The notes under the pieces are model-generated. The model did no database searches, was not told where the DNA came from, and saw nothing but the letters and a program-made list of their open reading frames with translations. The position numbers were made by a program, and so were the translations under genes. From Mycobacterium leprae TN (GTDB taxonomy: Bacteria > Actinomycetota > Actinomycetes > Mycobacteriales > Mycobacteriaceae), in assembly GCF_000195855.1 (NCBI RefSeq), contig NC_002677.1, positions 2,910,001-2,942,000 of the forward strand: 32,000 nt of DNA. The letters are read 5' to 3'. Below, piece by piece: positions 1 to 11,382 of this stretch (positions are counted from its first letter, which is position 1; each line of letters begins with the position of its first letter).

Positions 1-56
1 AACTCATTGGTGTCGGATGTCCGCCGCGATAAGCATCAACCACAAGCAGATGAACC

Positions 57-1028
57 GTGTTGCTACCAACGTCAAGCACGCCCAATCGCACAGAACACCA
101 ACCTAGCCGGGCAACGATGCTAGCGCTGCGCGACCCACTGAGGCGCCGCGGCAAAACAAACACCGACAAGCAGCGATGCGCGTCGGGTGTCTCCGTGTCA
201 AGCTGTCCAGAATCTGGGTCTACCTTTGAATACGTGGCAAACTCACACCTGGAACCGGTGCATCCAGGGGAAGAGGTCGACTTGGATTTCACCCGTGAGT
301 GGGTGGAGTTCTACGACCCGGACAATTCGGAGCAGCTAATCGCGGCCGATCTCACCTGGCTACTGTCACGGTGGACGTGCGTGTTCGGCACACCTGCGTG
401 CAGGGGCACCGTGGCCGGTCGACCAGATGATGGCTGCTGCTCGCACGGCGCATTCCTGTCGGACGACGCCGACCGAACGCGCTTGGACGACGCGGTAAAA
501 AAGCTCAGCCACGACGACTGGCAATTCCGCGAAAAAGGTTTGGGCCGTAAGGGTTATTTGGAACTCGACGAGCATGATGGCCAATCCCAATTCCGGACCC
601 GAAAACACAAGAACGCTTGCATTTTCCTAAACCGACCCGGGTTCCCTATCGGCGCTGGCTGCGCGCTGCATAGCAAAGCCCTCAAGCTAGGCGTACCGCC
701 GCGGACGATGAAACCCGATATTTGTTGGCAACTGCCGATCCGACACAGCCAGGAGTGGGTGACCAGGCCCGACGGCACCGAAATTCTCAAAACCACGGTC
801 ACCGAATATGACCGCCGCAGCTGGGGCTCCGGCGGCGCGGATTTACATTGGTATTGCACCGGCGATCCGGCCAGCCATGTCGACAGTAAGCAGCTGTGGG
901 AGAGCCTGGCCGACGAACTCACCGAACTACTTGGCGCGAAAGCCTACGCTAAGCTGGCGGCAATATGTAAGCGCCGCAACAGATTAGGTATCATCGCAGT
1001 GCACCCGGCGACGCAGGAGGCCAAATAG
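57..1028 (+). CDS. Conserved cysteine-containing protein, Rv0495c-like; the ORF is probably over-extended at the 5' end
   Basis: 323-aa ORF with a C...CCSHGAFL...C...C pattern; position relative to senX3/regX3 matches the recalled Rv0495c locus. Confidence 0.75.
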   Translation: MLLPTSSTPNRTEHQPSRATMLALRDPLRRRGKTNTDKQRCASGVSVSSCPESGSTFEYVANSHLEPVHPGEEVDLDFTREWVEFYDPDNSEQLIAADLTWLLSRWTCVFGTPACRGTVAGRPDDGCCSHGAFLSDDADRTRLDDAVKKLSHDDWQFREKGLGRKGYLELDEHDGQSQFRTRKHKNACIFLNRPGFPIGAGCALHSKALKLGVPPRTMKPDICWQLPIRHSQEWVTRPDGTEILKTTVTEYDRRSWGSGGADLHWYCTGDPASHVDSKQLWESLADELTELLGAKAYAKLAAICKRRNRLGIIAVHPATQEAK

Positions 1029-1039
1029 CACCAGGTTGG

Positions 1040-1520
1040 CCAGCACCGACAACCTAGCCCAATCGCAGCGGTATGCCACCTTCTTGGTACGATTCGAGCA
1101 TGCGCAGCGCGCTGGCCTATAGGCATGACTCAACCGACGAAGCGGCCGTCGCCGCGTCGCGCGGCAGCACAGCCTCAGGTATGGCCTGCAAGTCAACGAC
1201 CACCGAGGCGGGGTCGGCATAGGCTACCGGTGAGCTCATATTCGCGTCCACCGAAAGTGTGCTCGACCCAAACGATACAACAGCCCCAACACACAGTTGC
1301 GAATGCTTTGGATGAGGACCGGAAGTAGGCTAGGTAGGCCACCTGACGCGCCAGGGCCGTCTCGGCCCCACACATTCCGGCCAGCGCGACGCACAATGCC
1401 TCGACATCATCGAATGTGCTCCGGTCGGAGACCAGGCAGCCGATCAGAGAACCTAAGGCAGCGCGAATTTCAAACAGCTCGATCAGGAACTCGGAACCCA
1501 ATTTCCGCACCAACACCTCG
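1040..1520 (-). pseudogene. Remnant of a GntR/FadR-family regulator, FCD domain (Rv0494-like)
   Basis: Minus-strand 107-aa fragment with 'EFLIELFEIRAALGSLIGCLVSDRSTFDDVEAL', typical of an FCD-domain start, then frame disruption. No intact gene or N-terminal wHTH found. Confidence 0.5.
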
Positions 1521-2889
1521 ACGACCGCGGGATATTAGGGCCGTCAGATCGCATACCACGCTGCCGTTCCCATTTCCGGCCTCGCTAAGTACCCATCTAC
1601 TGCATCCGGGCACGAGTCCGCCGGCAAGAACATGCCGTTAACACTGAGCTTGTTCAGCTCACTCCCGCTCAGGCTGCAGGATCTAGCTCGGCGGGAAAGC
1701 GCCGTCGAGGATGGCATCGGCCAATCGACACAGAGATTTGCTTAGCCACACGGTAACAATCAGACGGCTGAATCAGCCTTGATTGGTTCATTAACTCCAT
1801 CAATTAAAGTAAATAGACCTAATGAGATCGCCAAAACACAACTGCACATCCAGGCGACACAACCCGCTGAGCGTAGCGTCCGCTCGGCGACTAGTCGACC
1901 AGAGGTGGAGTAGTGGACGACCACCTGAGATCCACCCGCAGCCCCAACACTGGCAGGGTCAAGCCGAGCGCCTAGAAGACCTGGTAGCCACCCTGTCGGA
2001 TTCGCTGACTTGCGGCCAGCTTGTGGACCCACTACGAGACTTTCGCAGCGCGGCACTGCTCGATCACGGCCCAGCTCCAACACGGGCCGAGCGGTTCGGC
2101 CCTGAAACCATCCAAACACCCGCTACCGGCATGACGTGGTTCGACGCGGCGAGCGTGCAGACGGCGCGGGATGTGTTGACCGAACACGCAATCACTCGTA
2201 TGGGGTCTGTCCTGGAAGAAACCCAGTTCGCTGACCGGTCGGCGACACCACCCACTGTGTCGACAGATGGGGCGGTAGCACCGTCTACGGCGATCACAAT
2301 CGCGTTAGCTCGCTTCCTGTATTGACGTATTAATAATTGCCCGGCAAGCCCTTTCTCGTAGCTTCGGATACGGACCACATTCGGTCTGCGACACTGACAC
2401 TGGTAACTGGACTACTGGAGGGAGGCATTGGCACCCGCGCGCCATGCTCATCCGTGTAGACCAGCCCACCGACCGAGGCCTGAGCCTGTGGGAGACACGG
2501 ATACGGACGAAGCCGCCGCGGTTTGCACTAACACCTAGCAGGCCGACAGCTACATAGAGATCGGAGAACGGCACTGTTCGGTAGCTGATTCATAACCGGG
2601 CATGCCGATGTCAGGCTATGCGACGTCAAGGCACCCTAGATCAACTAAAGGATCCCTTTCTCTTTGACCCGCCGCTGCTGCTTGCCGCAGAAATACTGAT
2701 CAAGCGCGAACTGCACACCGACCGTCGTGCTGGTCCGATACGGCGTGTAATGAAGTTGCAAAAGTTCCAGCTTTTCTGACTCAATAGCTTGGCCCCCAGT
2801 AGGCAAACGGGGTTTTAGACGTCAAGACAAACAAAGCGGTATGGCCGCTGCACGGTAGCGGCTAAGTGCAGCTTTGCGACCTACCCGTT

Positions 2890-4290
2890 CTTCATCAACC
2901 TAAGACGACGGCTCGGGCGCAGGAAATGAGTCATCTTGCTTATCGCGCTCAGGCCGCCTCGTTCGGCTCGTTCGGCGGCGCGCTGCTGCCCGAGGAGCGC
3001 GTTAGCCCGTCACGGGCCCGGCTCGTCACGCGCGTTGACCGTTACCTCACACAGCTAACTGCCCCGGCACGGGCGGGCGGTGCACACCGGGCTTCTCTAG
3101 CTGACCGCGACGAGCCACTTGACCACCGGCCGACCGCGGTAGCGACTTGACCCCGGCCAGCAAGATCAGGTTACTGCAGCGAGTCACCGCGCTGAACCCG
3201 GATGCCAGTGCGCCATCGAAGTGATGAAGGTGATCGTGTTGCTGGCCAACGACGCATACGCCTTGCGCAGGAATTTGTTCGCTCGCGCCCACGACACATG
3301 ACGCGGCTCGCACCGACACCGCCTTGACCGTCACCCAATCAAGTGACAGAGCTTCCGTCATTACCGCCGACTGGTGATCGTCGAGTACGGCGCCGGCGGC
3401 GCCATGATGGCTCACACCTTGGCGCAAGCCGGCTTAAGAACCGTTATCGTACTCGAAGAGGGTCGTCGCTGGGCGGTCGACGAGTTACGTACCAGCCACC
3501 TAATTGACCTTAAACCGGCCTATACCACCGCTCCCGGTGGGCCACCATCGCGATCGCGTTGGTACGACCGTCGTTGTTGATGGCGATCGGCCCACGTAGT
3601 CGGTGGCACTACTGTCACGAACTCCGGCTACCGGCCTTCCTGCCCACAGCCGGCTGTGCAACTACACTGGCGCTATGCATTCGGTCTTTGTCTGGCCGAT
3701 CCGGAGCAGCTGACCGAACACCTCCAAATCGTTGGATTAGCAAGCGATGCCCATTTTGTACAACGCATCCAGCTGTGCAGACAACTGCCAATGCACAATC
3801 GGATGCCCACGCAACGCTAAATTCGGTGTAAACCTCAATGCATTACCCCAGGCGTGTACGGCCGACGGACGGAGTGCAAACCCACCGACACGGCAGCACT
3901 GCGCCCGATTTGTTAGTGGAAACCGTCATCATCACCGCCGGCGCCATCGAAACACCCGGTGCTGTTGCGGAGCAGCAGTCATGGCGTGCACCCGCGGCTC
4001 GACCGAAAACTCGCGCTGCATCCGGCCACCATGCTGGTCGGGCGCTTCGACGGGGATGTTGTCGCGTGTCGCAGCGTGCTGCAAAGCGCCGACGTACACA
4101 AATTTCACGAGTCAGCTGGCGTGTTGATTGAAGCCATCGCTACGCCGCAGGGCATGGGGTTGATGGGTCTTCTCCGGCTACAGCACCAAACTGCTCAACT
4201 AGCTGGATCGGGCATCGCACGTCGCAACGTTTGGCGCGATGGTGACCGATCGCAGCGTTGGCTCGGTTCTGTCGGTGCATAGTGAAGCGA
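2890..4290 (+). pseudogene. Decayed GMC-family oxidoreductase (Rv0492c-like)
   Basis: Fragments in several plus frames: 'ARLVTRVDRYLTQL', FAD-binding-like 'IVEYGAGGAMMAHTLAQAGLRTVIVLEEG', 'VETVIITAGAIETPG', 'LALHPATMLVGRFDGDVV'. Broken by stops and frameshifts. Confidence 0.7.
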
Positions 4291-4488
4291 TGGTGCACCA
4301 CCACCTTGCCCAAGCTGACAACACCAAGCTGCTCATCACAATAGCTGCTATCAACCGGCTGCGCAGCATCGAAGGTGTGGGTTGCTGACGTGGAGATTGA
4401 GCGCACCCGTGATGCCTAGAGGTGAACCGCAGCTATCGATCATGACGCTGGCTGTGGCTGACGAGGTGGTCACAGTGCGGTGCACAGG

Positions 4489-5171
4489 CTAACTCTCCAG
4501 TTTGTAGCCCAGACCTCGCACTGTCACCAGATGTACCGGGTTAGCGGGATCGGCCTCGATCTTGGAGCGCAGCCGCTTGACGTGGACATCGAGGGTCTTG
4601 GTATCGCCGACGTAATCCACACCCCAGACCCGGTCAATCAGCTGCCCTCGGGTTAGCACCCGCCCGCTATTGCGCATCAGGTACTCCAGCAGATCGAATT
4701 CCTTAAGAGGCAGGGTGATGGCATAGCCGTTCACCGAGACCACATGCCGCTCAACATCCATCCGGAGCGGCCCGGACTCCAGCACACCATCGCTAATTTC
4801 GGAGTCGTCATCACCGCCACGCCGCAGCACCGCCCGGATCCGGGCGATCAATTCACGCGCCGAATAGGGTTTCGTAACATAGTCGTCGGCGCCCAGCTCG
4901 AGGCCGACCACTTTGTCAATCTCACTGTCTCGAGCAGTCACCATGATCACCGGCACACTGGAACGAACACGCAGCTGCTTATACACATCAGTGCCAGACA
5001 TCCCCGGCAGCATCAAGTCCAGCAGCACGATGTCCGCCCCGGAGCGATCGAACTCCGCTAGTGCCGCTGGCCCATCGGTCACCACCGTGGGCTCAAAACC
5101 TCCTTGCGGAGGAGAAACGCCAGTGGATCAGCCAGCGATTCCTCGTCCTCCACAATCAGGACACTTATCAT
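4489..5171 (-). pseudogene. regX3: RegX3 OmpR-family response regulator with an apparent single-base deletion near codon 25; a 198-aa ORF (4489-5085) remains and may still be expressed
   Basis: ATG at 5171 gives [24 protein letters not shown], then the frame shifts at about 5100. The 4489-5085 frame holds the phosphoacceptor 'VLLDLMLPG', 'YVTKPYS' and the full winged-helix domain ending 'VRGLGYKLES'. Confidence 0.85.
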
Positions 5172-6459
5172 TCACATTCCCTCTCGTCACTTCGCTCTGC
5201 ATCATCGCCTGCGCGGGTGTCATCGACTTAAACTCTTCTTCCTCTCGTTGCGGCCTATTGAGCCACATATCGCAGCCCCGGGGTTGCCCGGATTGCTCAT
5301 CGTTGTCCTGGTAAAGCGGCATGGCCGCCGGAATAGACAGGGTGAACGTAGATCCGGTTCCCGGCTTGCTCCACACACCGATACTGCCATTGTGGTTGGC
5401 GGCAACGTGTTTGACGATGGCCAGCCCCAGCCCGCTGCCACCGGTAGCCCGCGAGCGCGCCTTGTCTCCGCGGAAGAAGCGTTCGAAGACCCGCTCCTGA
5501 TCTTCAAGAGCGATGCCAATGCCGCGGTCGGTGACGGCGATCTCGATATTGTCGCCACGACGGCGACGGCTGATCGACACCAGCGAACCACCCGGCGAGT
5601 AGGCAATCGCGTTGGACACCAGATTGGCTAGCGCGGTAACCAGTAGAGTTTGGTCGCCCAATACCCGCAAACCGCTAGGCGGATCGGTGCGAACCTCGAT
5701 AGCAGCGGTGTCGGCGGCCACCTTATGGCGCGCAATCGCCTCGGACACGATGATATCGACGTCAATGTCCGTTACGTTAGGCAGCCGCTCGGCGCCCTGC
5801 AGCCGGGACAACTCTATGAGCTCAGCAACCATGTATCCTAATCGATTGGCCTCGATGAGCACCTTCTCGGCGAACCGGCTCACGGTTTCGGCGTCATCCG
5901 CCGATGCCAGCAGAGCCTCAGCTAGCAAGGCCATGGCGCCGACCGGGGTCTTGAGCTCGTGGCTAACATTGGCTACGAAGTCACGCCTAGCCGCCTCCAT
6001 GCGCACATAGTCGGACTGGTCGTGGACGAAGACCACGGCGAACCGGCGGTCTTTCTCACTTAGCAGTCGAGCGTGGCCGTGCACCGATAACCCAGACCGG
6101 CCCGCAGCCGGGCGTTTTCCGGGCAACAGGTCAAATTCGACATCGTCACCGCCCAGCGCCTGCTGTGCTGCCCGCCAGGCCTGGTCATCGAGCTGCCGGT
6201 CGCGCACGAGTCCTAGCTCCTTGGCCTGTTCGTTGAGGTAAACTACATCACGATAGGTATCAACCACCGCAGCACCTAGCGGCATCAACGCGATGATGCG
6301 TTGCAGCATCTGCAAAACAGTGATGCCCGCCCATTCGTTAGCCAGTCTTTGCCGGCGTTCGATTAGTCGCGGCGACAGCCGGATTCCTGCCACAATACCA
6401 ACAACAAACGCCAACCCGGACAATACCCCGGCCAACAACAGAGCCGAGAACACAGTCAC
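5128..6459 (-). CDS. senX3: Sensor histidine kinase SenX3 (443 aa), C-terminus extended into regX3
   Basis: H-box '[15 protein letters not shown]', N box '[12 protein letters not shown]', G boxes 'DRGIGI' and '[12 protein letters not shown]'; adjacent to regX3. Confidence 0.93.
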
Positions 6460-6615
6460 ATAAAAAATCTTACAAATCCTTCATTAACGCCGCCCCAGCG
6501 GTGCGAGACCAAAATCGGAAAAGTCACACTTTGCGTTACAGGTGTTCAGCTGTTGTTCACGGGATGTTTGACACATGGGATCTTGAAGCGTCAACAGGCA
6601 CTGCAACAAATGTTT

Positions 6616-7359
6616 TTACGGGCGCGCTTGACTGATTACCGCAGCGGCCGCCTCGGGGTCGAGGTAGGTACCACCGGGTACCACCGGACGCAGATCGGCA
6701 TCTAGATCATAGCGCAGCGGAATGCCAGTCGGAACGTTAAGCCCGACGACCTCGTCGTCGGACATCTCGTCTAGGTGTTTGACCAGCGCGCGCAGCGAGT
6801 TGCCGTGCGCCACAATGAGCACCGTTCTGCCGGTCCGCAGATCGGGGACTATCACGTCGGTGAAATACGGCAGGAAGCGGGTCACCACATCAGCCAGGCA
6901 TTCGGTCAGCGGCCCGCCGCCAATGTCGGTGTAGCGAGGGTCAGCATCCTGGCTGAACTCGCTACCCTTCTCGATCGGTGGTGGCGGAGTGTCGTAGCTG
7001 CGGCGCCAAGCCATGAATCGTTCTTCGCCGTAGCGGGCCTTGGTCACGGCCTTGTCCAGACCCTGAAGCGCGCCGTAGTGACGTTCATTGAGCCGCCAGC
7101 TGCGACGGACCGGAATCCATAGCCAGTCGGCGGTGTCTAACGCCAGATGCGCAGTGGTGATAGCGCGGCGCAACAGCGACGTGTACAACACGTCGGGCAA
7201 CAGATTGTGCTCGGCAAGCAACTCACCGCTGCGGACCGCCTCCGCTCGACCCTTGTCGGTTAGCCCGACGTCCACCCAACCGGTGAACAGATTCCGGGCA
7301 TTCCAGTCACTCTCGCCATGACGGAGTAGAATCAGCGTAGCAGTGTTACCCTGTTGCAT
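6616..7359 (-). CDS. gpm1: 2,3-bisphosphoglycerate-dependent phosphoglycerate mutase
   Basis: '[29 protein letters not shown]' and '[17 protein letters not shown]'; 247 aa. Confidence 0.96.
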   Translation of the reverse strand: MQQGNTATLILLRHGESDWNARNLFTGWVDVGLTDKGRAEAVRSGELLAEHNLLPDVLYTSLLRRAITTAHLALDTADWLWIPVRRSWRLNERHYGALQGLDKAVTKARYGEERFMAWRRSYDTPPPPIEKGSEFSQDADPRYTDIGGGPLTECLADVVTRFLPYFTDVIVPDLRTGRTVLIVAHGNSLRALVKHLDEMSDDEVVGLNVPTGIPLRYDLDADLRPVVPGGTYLDPEAAAAVISQARP

Positions 7360-7371
7360 CGGCTTAGCATT

Positions 7372-7947
7372 TCACGGACGAGCGTAGATGGAAGCGTCGC
7401 CGTCACCTTCGTCGTCGATTAGGTGCGCGAAGGCCTGCAGATTGTTCAGCGACTCGCCGCGAGAGATTCGCCAGTCCCACTCCTTTTGGATCGACGAACG
7501 AAAACCCAATTCCAACAACGTATTAAAGTCCGATTCCACCGCCTCGAGTACCTGTCCGAGCACTCGATCGATCTCGTCGGTGTCGACCGACGCCAAGGAC
7601 ATCCGGCCCACCAGATAGATATCGCCCACGTTGTCCAGCGTGTAGGAAACGCAAAAGAGCCGACGGTTGCGCTTGAGCAAAAACCGGTAGACACCCTCGT
7701 GGTTCTCGTCAGGTTTGCGGCATACGAACGCCTCAACATGCACTGAATGCTCGCCGATACTCAGGATGGCGTTGGTCTTGAGCCTACGCTCACCAGGCAG
7801 TTCCACTACCAATCGCAACAATCCATCGGGCACCCCAGAAAATTCCGAGTAGGTGAGGTGGCTGGCTTGCAGCGCGTGCTCAATCACCGAACACGCGTGC
7901 CACACCGTATCCCAGGCTGTGCTCATTGGCGCCCCGCTCCCCTGCAA
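7372..7947 (-). CDS. YbjN-domain / T3SS-chaperone-fold conserved protein (Rv0487-like); actual start probably MSTAWDT at 7926
   Basis: Intact 191-aa ORF with 'YRFLLKRNRRLFCVSYTLDNVGDIYLVGRMSL', located next to mshA. Confidence 0.85.
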   Translation of the reverse strand: MQGSGAPMSTAWDTVWHACSVIEHALQASHLTYSEFSGVPDGLLRLVVELPGERRLKTNAILSIGEHSVHVEAFVCRKPDENHEGVYRFLLKRNRRLFCVSYTLDNVGDIYLVGRMSLASVDTDEIDRVLGQVLEAVESDFNTLLELGFRSSIQKEWDWRISRGESLNNLQAFAHLIDDEGDGDASIYARP

Positions 7948-7999
7948 GCAGGAGATGCCCCTGCCTCATGGCTTCGTTCTGCATCGTCGCCGGTACGGG

Positions 8000-9310
8000 T
8001 CATGCGCCCATCCCACGGCGTGAGATCCAACGACGGGGCTTGCGCGTTGCCACCAAGTCGCGGACCCGATGCTGACGCGTCGCGGTGAAATCACCGATCG
8101 CACGACGGTAGCTGGCTAGCAGCGCATCAGTGGTGTTGTCCCAGGAGAATTGGGCCGCATGCACGACAGCCGCGCGACTTATCGCCCTTGCCTGCGGCCC
8201 GGCACTGAGTCGTAACAGCTGATCGACGGCGTCCGCCCAATGACCGACATTATGTCCGAACACCAAAGTGCCGGTGACCCCGTCCCGCACCGCTACCGGC
8301 AAGCCGCCGACCGCCGCCGCTACCACCGGAGTGCCACAAGCCTGCGCCTCGACGGCGACCAGGCCAAACGACTCTGAATAACTCGGCACCGCAACTAGAT
8401 CGGCGGCTTGGAAGACTGTAGCCAAATTCGTACGGGATTGCGGCGGCAAGAACGTCACCCGGGCCGTGATACCAAGTTCGTCGGCCAACCTAACCAGCCC
8501 GTCCGGGGAGGCCAAACCACTGCCTGACGGTCCGCCAGCCACAACGATGCGCACCTGCGGCAGTTTCGCGGCGGCACGTAACACGATGTCAGGTGCCTTC
8601 AACGGCTGGATCCGTCCGACGAAGGCCACCACGTTGCCGTCGAGCGGCAGCCCCAGCGCAGCCCGAGCAGCCCGCCGGTCACCTGGACGGAACATGTCCA
8701 GATCAACACCAGGATGGGCCACGTCAATTTTCGCTGGATCGGCACGGTGAATCGAAATCAATTGCCTTGCTTCATCATCGGTGTTGACGATCATCCGATC
8801 GGCCTCGTCGACGACCTGCTGTTCGCCGACACTACGCAACGGCGGCTCAGCCGCGTCACCATCGGCCAGCGCCGCGTTCTTCACCGCGGCCAACGTGTGC
8901 GCGGTATGCACCAACGGCACCGCCCAGCGGTCCCGGGCCAGCCAGCCGACCTGCCCAGACAGCCAATAATGCGAGTGGACGATATCGTAGTAGCCCGGTT
9001 CGTGAGCCGCTTCTGCGCGCAGCACCCCGGCAGCAAACGCACACAGCTGGGTAGGTAAGTCGTATTTATCCAGGCCCTCGAACGGCCCTGCTACGACGTT
9101 GCGCACTAACACTCCGGGCGCTACCCACACGATGGGCGGATCGGCAGAGGCAGTGGCCCGGGTAAAGATCTCCACCTCAATGCCACGCCGAGCCAGGTGC
9201 AACGCGCTCTGCAGCACGTAAACATTCATGCCGCCTGCGTCGCCGATGCCCGGCTGAGCCAGCGGTGAGGTGTGCACCGCCAGCACCGCGACCCGATGGA
9301 GATCATTCAC
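8000..9310 (-). CDS. mshA: D-inositol-3-phosphate glycosyltransferase, mycothiol biosynthesis
   Basis: GT-B glycosyltransferase: '[31 protein letters not shown]', '[31 protein letters not shown]'. Confidence 0.93.
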   Translation of the reverse strand: MNDLHRVAVLAVHTSPLAQPGIGDAGGMNVYVLQSALHLARRGIEVEIFTRATASADPPIVWVAPGVLVRNVVAGPFEGLDKYDLPTQLCAFAAGVLRAEAAHEPGYYDIVHSHYWLSGQVGWLARDRWAVPLVHTAHTLAAVKNAALADGDAAEPPLRSVGEQQVVDEADRMIVNTDDEARQLISIHRADPAKIDVAHPGVDLDMFRPGDRRAARAALGLPLDGNVVAFVGRIQPLKAPDIVLRAAAKLPQVRIVVAGGPSGSGLASPDGLVRLADELGITARVTFLPPQSRTNLATVFQAADLVAVPSYSESFGLVAVEAQACGTPVVAAAVGGLPVAVRDGVTGTLVFGHNVGHWADAVDQLLRLSAGPQARAISRAAVVHAAQFSWDNTTDALLASYRRAIGDFTATRQHRVRDLVATRKPRRWISRRGMGA

Positions 9311-9659
9311 TGGCGGAAACGTTTCAATTCGATGGCCCGCACATTAGTCATCTTTACAGGACCGATCTGGAACCGCCCGAAACGGGAGTTAACAGCACGT
9401 CAAGACCCATCAAGCAGAAGACTCGTCTTGAGCAACCGGGAGTTCAGGACACCGGAACGGCGCATCGCTGCCCCGGCCTCTTGTACCCGGTTATCGAAGG
9501 CCGTCACCCGGATATCACGAGGCCGTAACAACAAACGTGCAGTGAATGCCACCAACCACCTAGGCCAGCGCCTCAGGGTATTCAGTGAACACCTGGCTAC
9601 CCGCCACCAGTTCGTCGGGATTGAGCAAGTCCCGCAGTAACGCAACCGGCCTAATAGAA

Positions 9660-10200
9660 CATCTAGGTCTGCTCCGCCGGGGAGATCTTTAACTTACTGA
9701 TTGCCGACCCGGGCCATTCACAGGAGATCAGTAATAGCAGTAGCGACACCGCCCCCCGAGCAGGCGACGCCAGATAACATGCTGGGAATGCTCCTTGACC
9801 AGGCGGTCCAGCAGCCGAAACCACATCAACGCTGACGGTGGACTCCAACTTCCCAGTCCTGCCGAGCCCACGCTGTGCCTCCCGATTGCGTTCGAAGACC
9901 AGTCCCAGGCGTACACGTACAGAGTGGTCGAAGCGCGGGACACCATGGCCAGCGGCGCCGTCGACGGTACCACTGAGTCTAGCATGCTGAGCAACGCGGC
10001 GGCGGCGATGCCAGCGCCGCAAGCATCGAGAAGTGCTCTAGGCCAACGAAGTCAGGGTACGACTCGGCTCCTGGCACCCCACGGATGCTGGTGGTTCGCG
10101 CGCCTACATGGATGCCTATCGTCAGATAAGGTTCGTGGTTGATCCCGGACCGGGCACTCAAGGGCGCCCGATAGCCCCGGAGTCCACCGGGCCGGACTGC
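9660..10200 (-). pseudogene. Likely remnant of a ROK-family regulator (Rv0485-like)
   Basis: Minus-strand fragment 'YLTIGIHVGARTTSI' resembles a ROK ATPase phosphate-1 motif; position upstream of mshA matches recalled Rv0485. No intact ORF. Confidence 0.4.
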
Positions 10201-10625
10201 TCCCGCAGCACACTGGCCTCAAGCAGCGCGATGGCCTGACGGTTCACCGCCGCGATGGACAATGATGACAATGATATGGCCCCTACGATGACGTTACAAC
10301 CGACCGGGCCGCGCAACTACACGGCACGAAAAACGGCAGCCACCGCCAAGTCAGACAAGTTCAGCGACGGAGGCACAACCTGGCTATGTAACCGCAGCTA
10401 GCCGCGACATGTAAGTGAATGGCGGTTAACAACAGTAGTGCGTACGAACATCCGTAACCAAAGTTCCTATCTCCGGTCTTAGCCCCACTTATTGACTGGT
10501 GTGAAGTCCGACACGGCGATGAACACAGCAACAACACAGACAAGCCAAGAAGACACCTGCGGTCGTGGTGTTGGACAAAGCGGTGCGATGTACACCGAGA
10601 ATTTAGCACGTTTTTATTTTTTGGA

Positions 10626-11290
10626 ATGGTTCGGATAAGCGCAGTTCCGGTTGCGGATCAAGGGATCGCGGTGGTCACCTACGCCAATTTCGGCATCGAT
10701 GAGGCAGCCGCGAGAAACCCTGCACCCTTTGGGTTTCATGTGGTCGCCGTGGCGCGTCATGGGGACCGGAACACCGCGCTACTCGACGGGATCGGCAGAA
10801 CGGTGATCGTGATGAAAATCACAAATTATGGCGCGGTCGAGGCGTTGCTGCGCAGTTCGAACCGGGTTGATGTGCTGGTCAACAACCCCAGTGGCGCGTG
10901 GGGCTTGAAATTCGTCGCCAACGACGATTTATTGAAGCATTGACGCTGGATGTGGGCTACCAACATGGTGGATACGCTCCAGCTCAGCTGGGCACTGCTG
11001 CCCAAGCTGATCGACTCCGGCGACGTCCTGATCATCATGATCACCTCGATTGCGACGATGGGGATTTTACTGACGGCGACGCTGACTAAACGGCGGTCAG
11101 CAAGCCCAGAGCACCTGGCGCTGCACGCTACGCAGCGTAGAATAACTAGGGAAAGCCCGGTACGACTCACCGAGATCGCGCCAGGCGTGGTCAAAACAGA
11201 GTTCTCGATGTCCGCTTCGCTGGTGGCCAGCAGCGCGCGGACACCGCCTACGCCGGAATGACACTGCTGGCGTACACTGACGTCGCCTAA
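10626..11290 (+). pseudogene. Decayed short-chain dehydrogenase/reductase (Rv0484c-like)
   Basis: 'QGIAVVTYANFGIDEAAA', 'RVDVLVNNPSGAWG', 'WATNMVDTLQLSWALLPKLIDSGDVLIIMITSIA', 'VRLTEIAPGVVKTEFS' distributed over separate plus frames. Confidence 0.75.
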
Positions 11291-11382
11291 GTGATCAGAT
11301 TCGTGATGTTACAACCTTCCCATGATCAACGTGGACCAGACCATCTTCCGATCACATGATCAAGCGTCAACCACCCACCGCG

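Noticed and set aside
5128-5175. Zinc-finger-like 'KCPDCGGRG' at the end of the extended SenX3 ORF
   Set aside because: It is the regX3 start ([12 protein letters not shown]) read in another frame, so the motif is coincidental.
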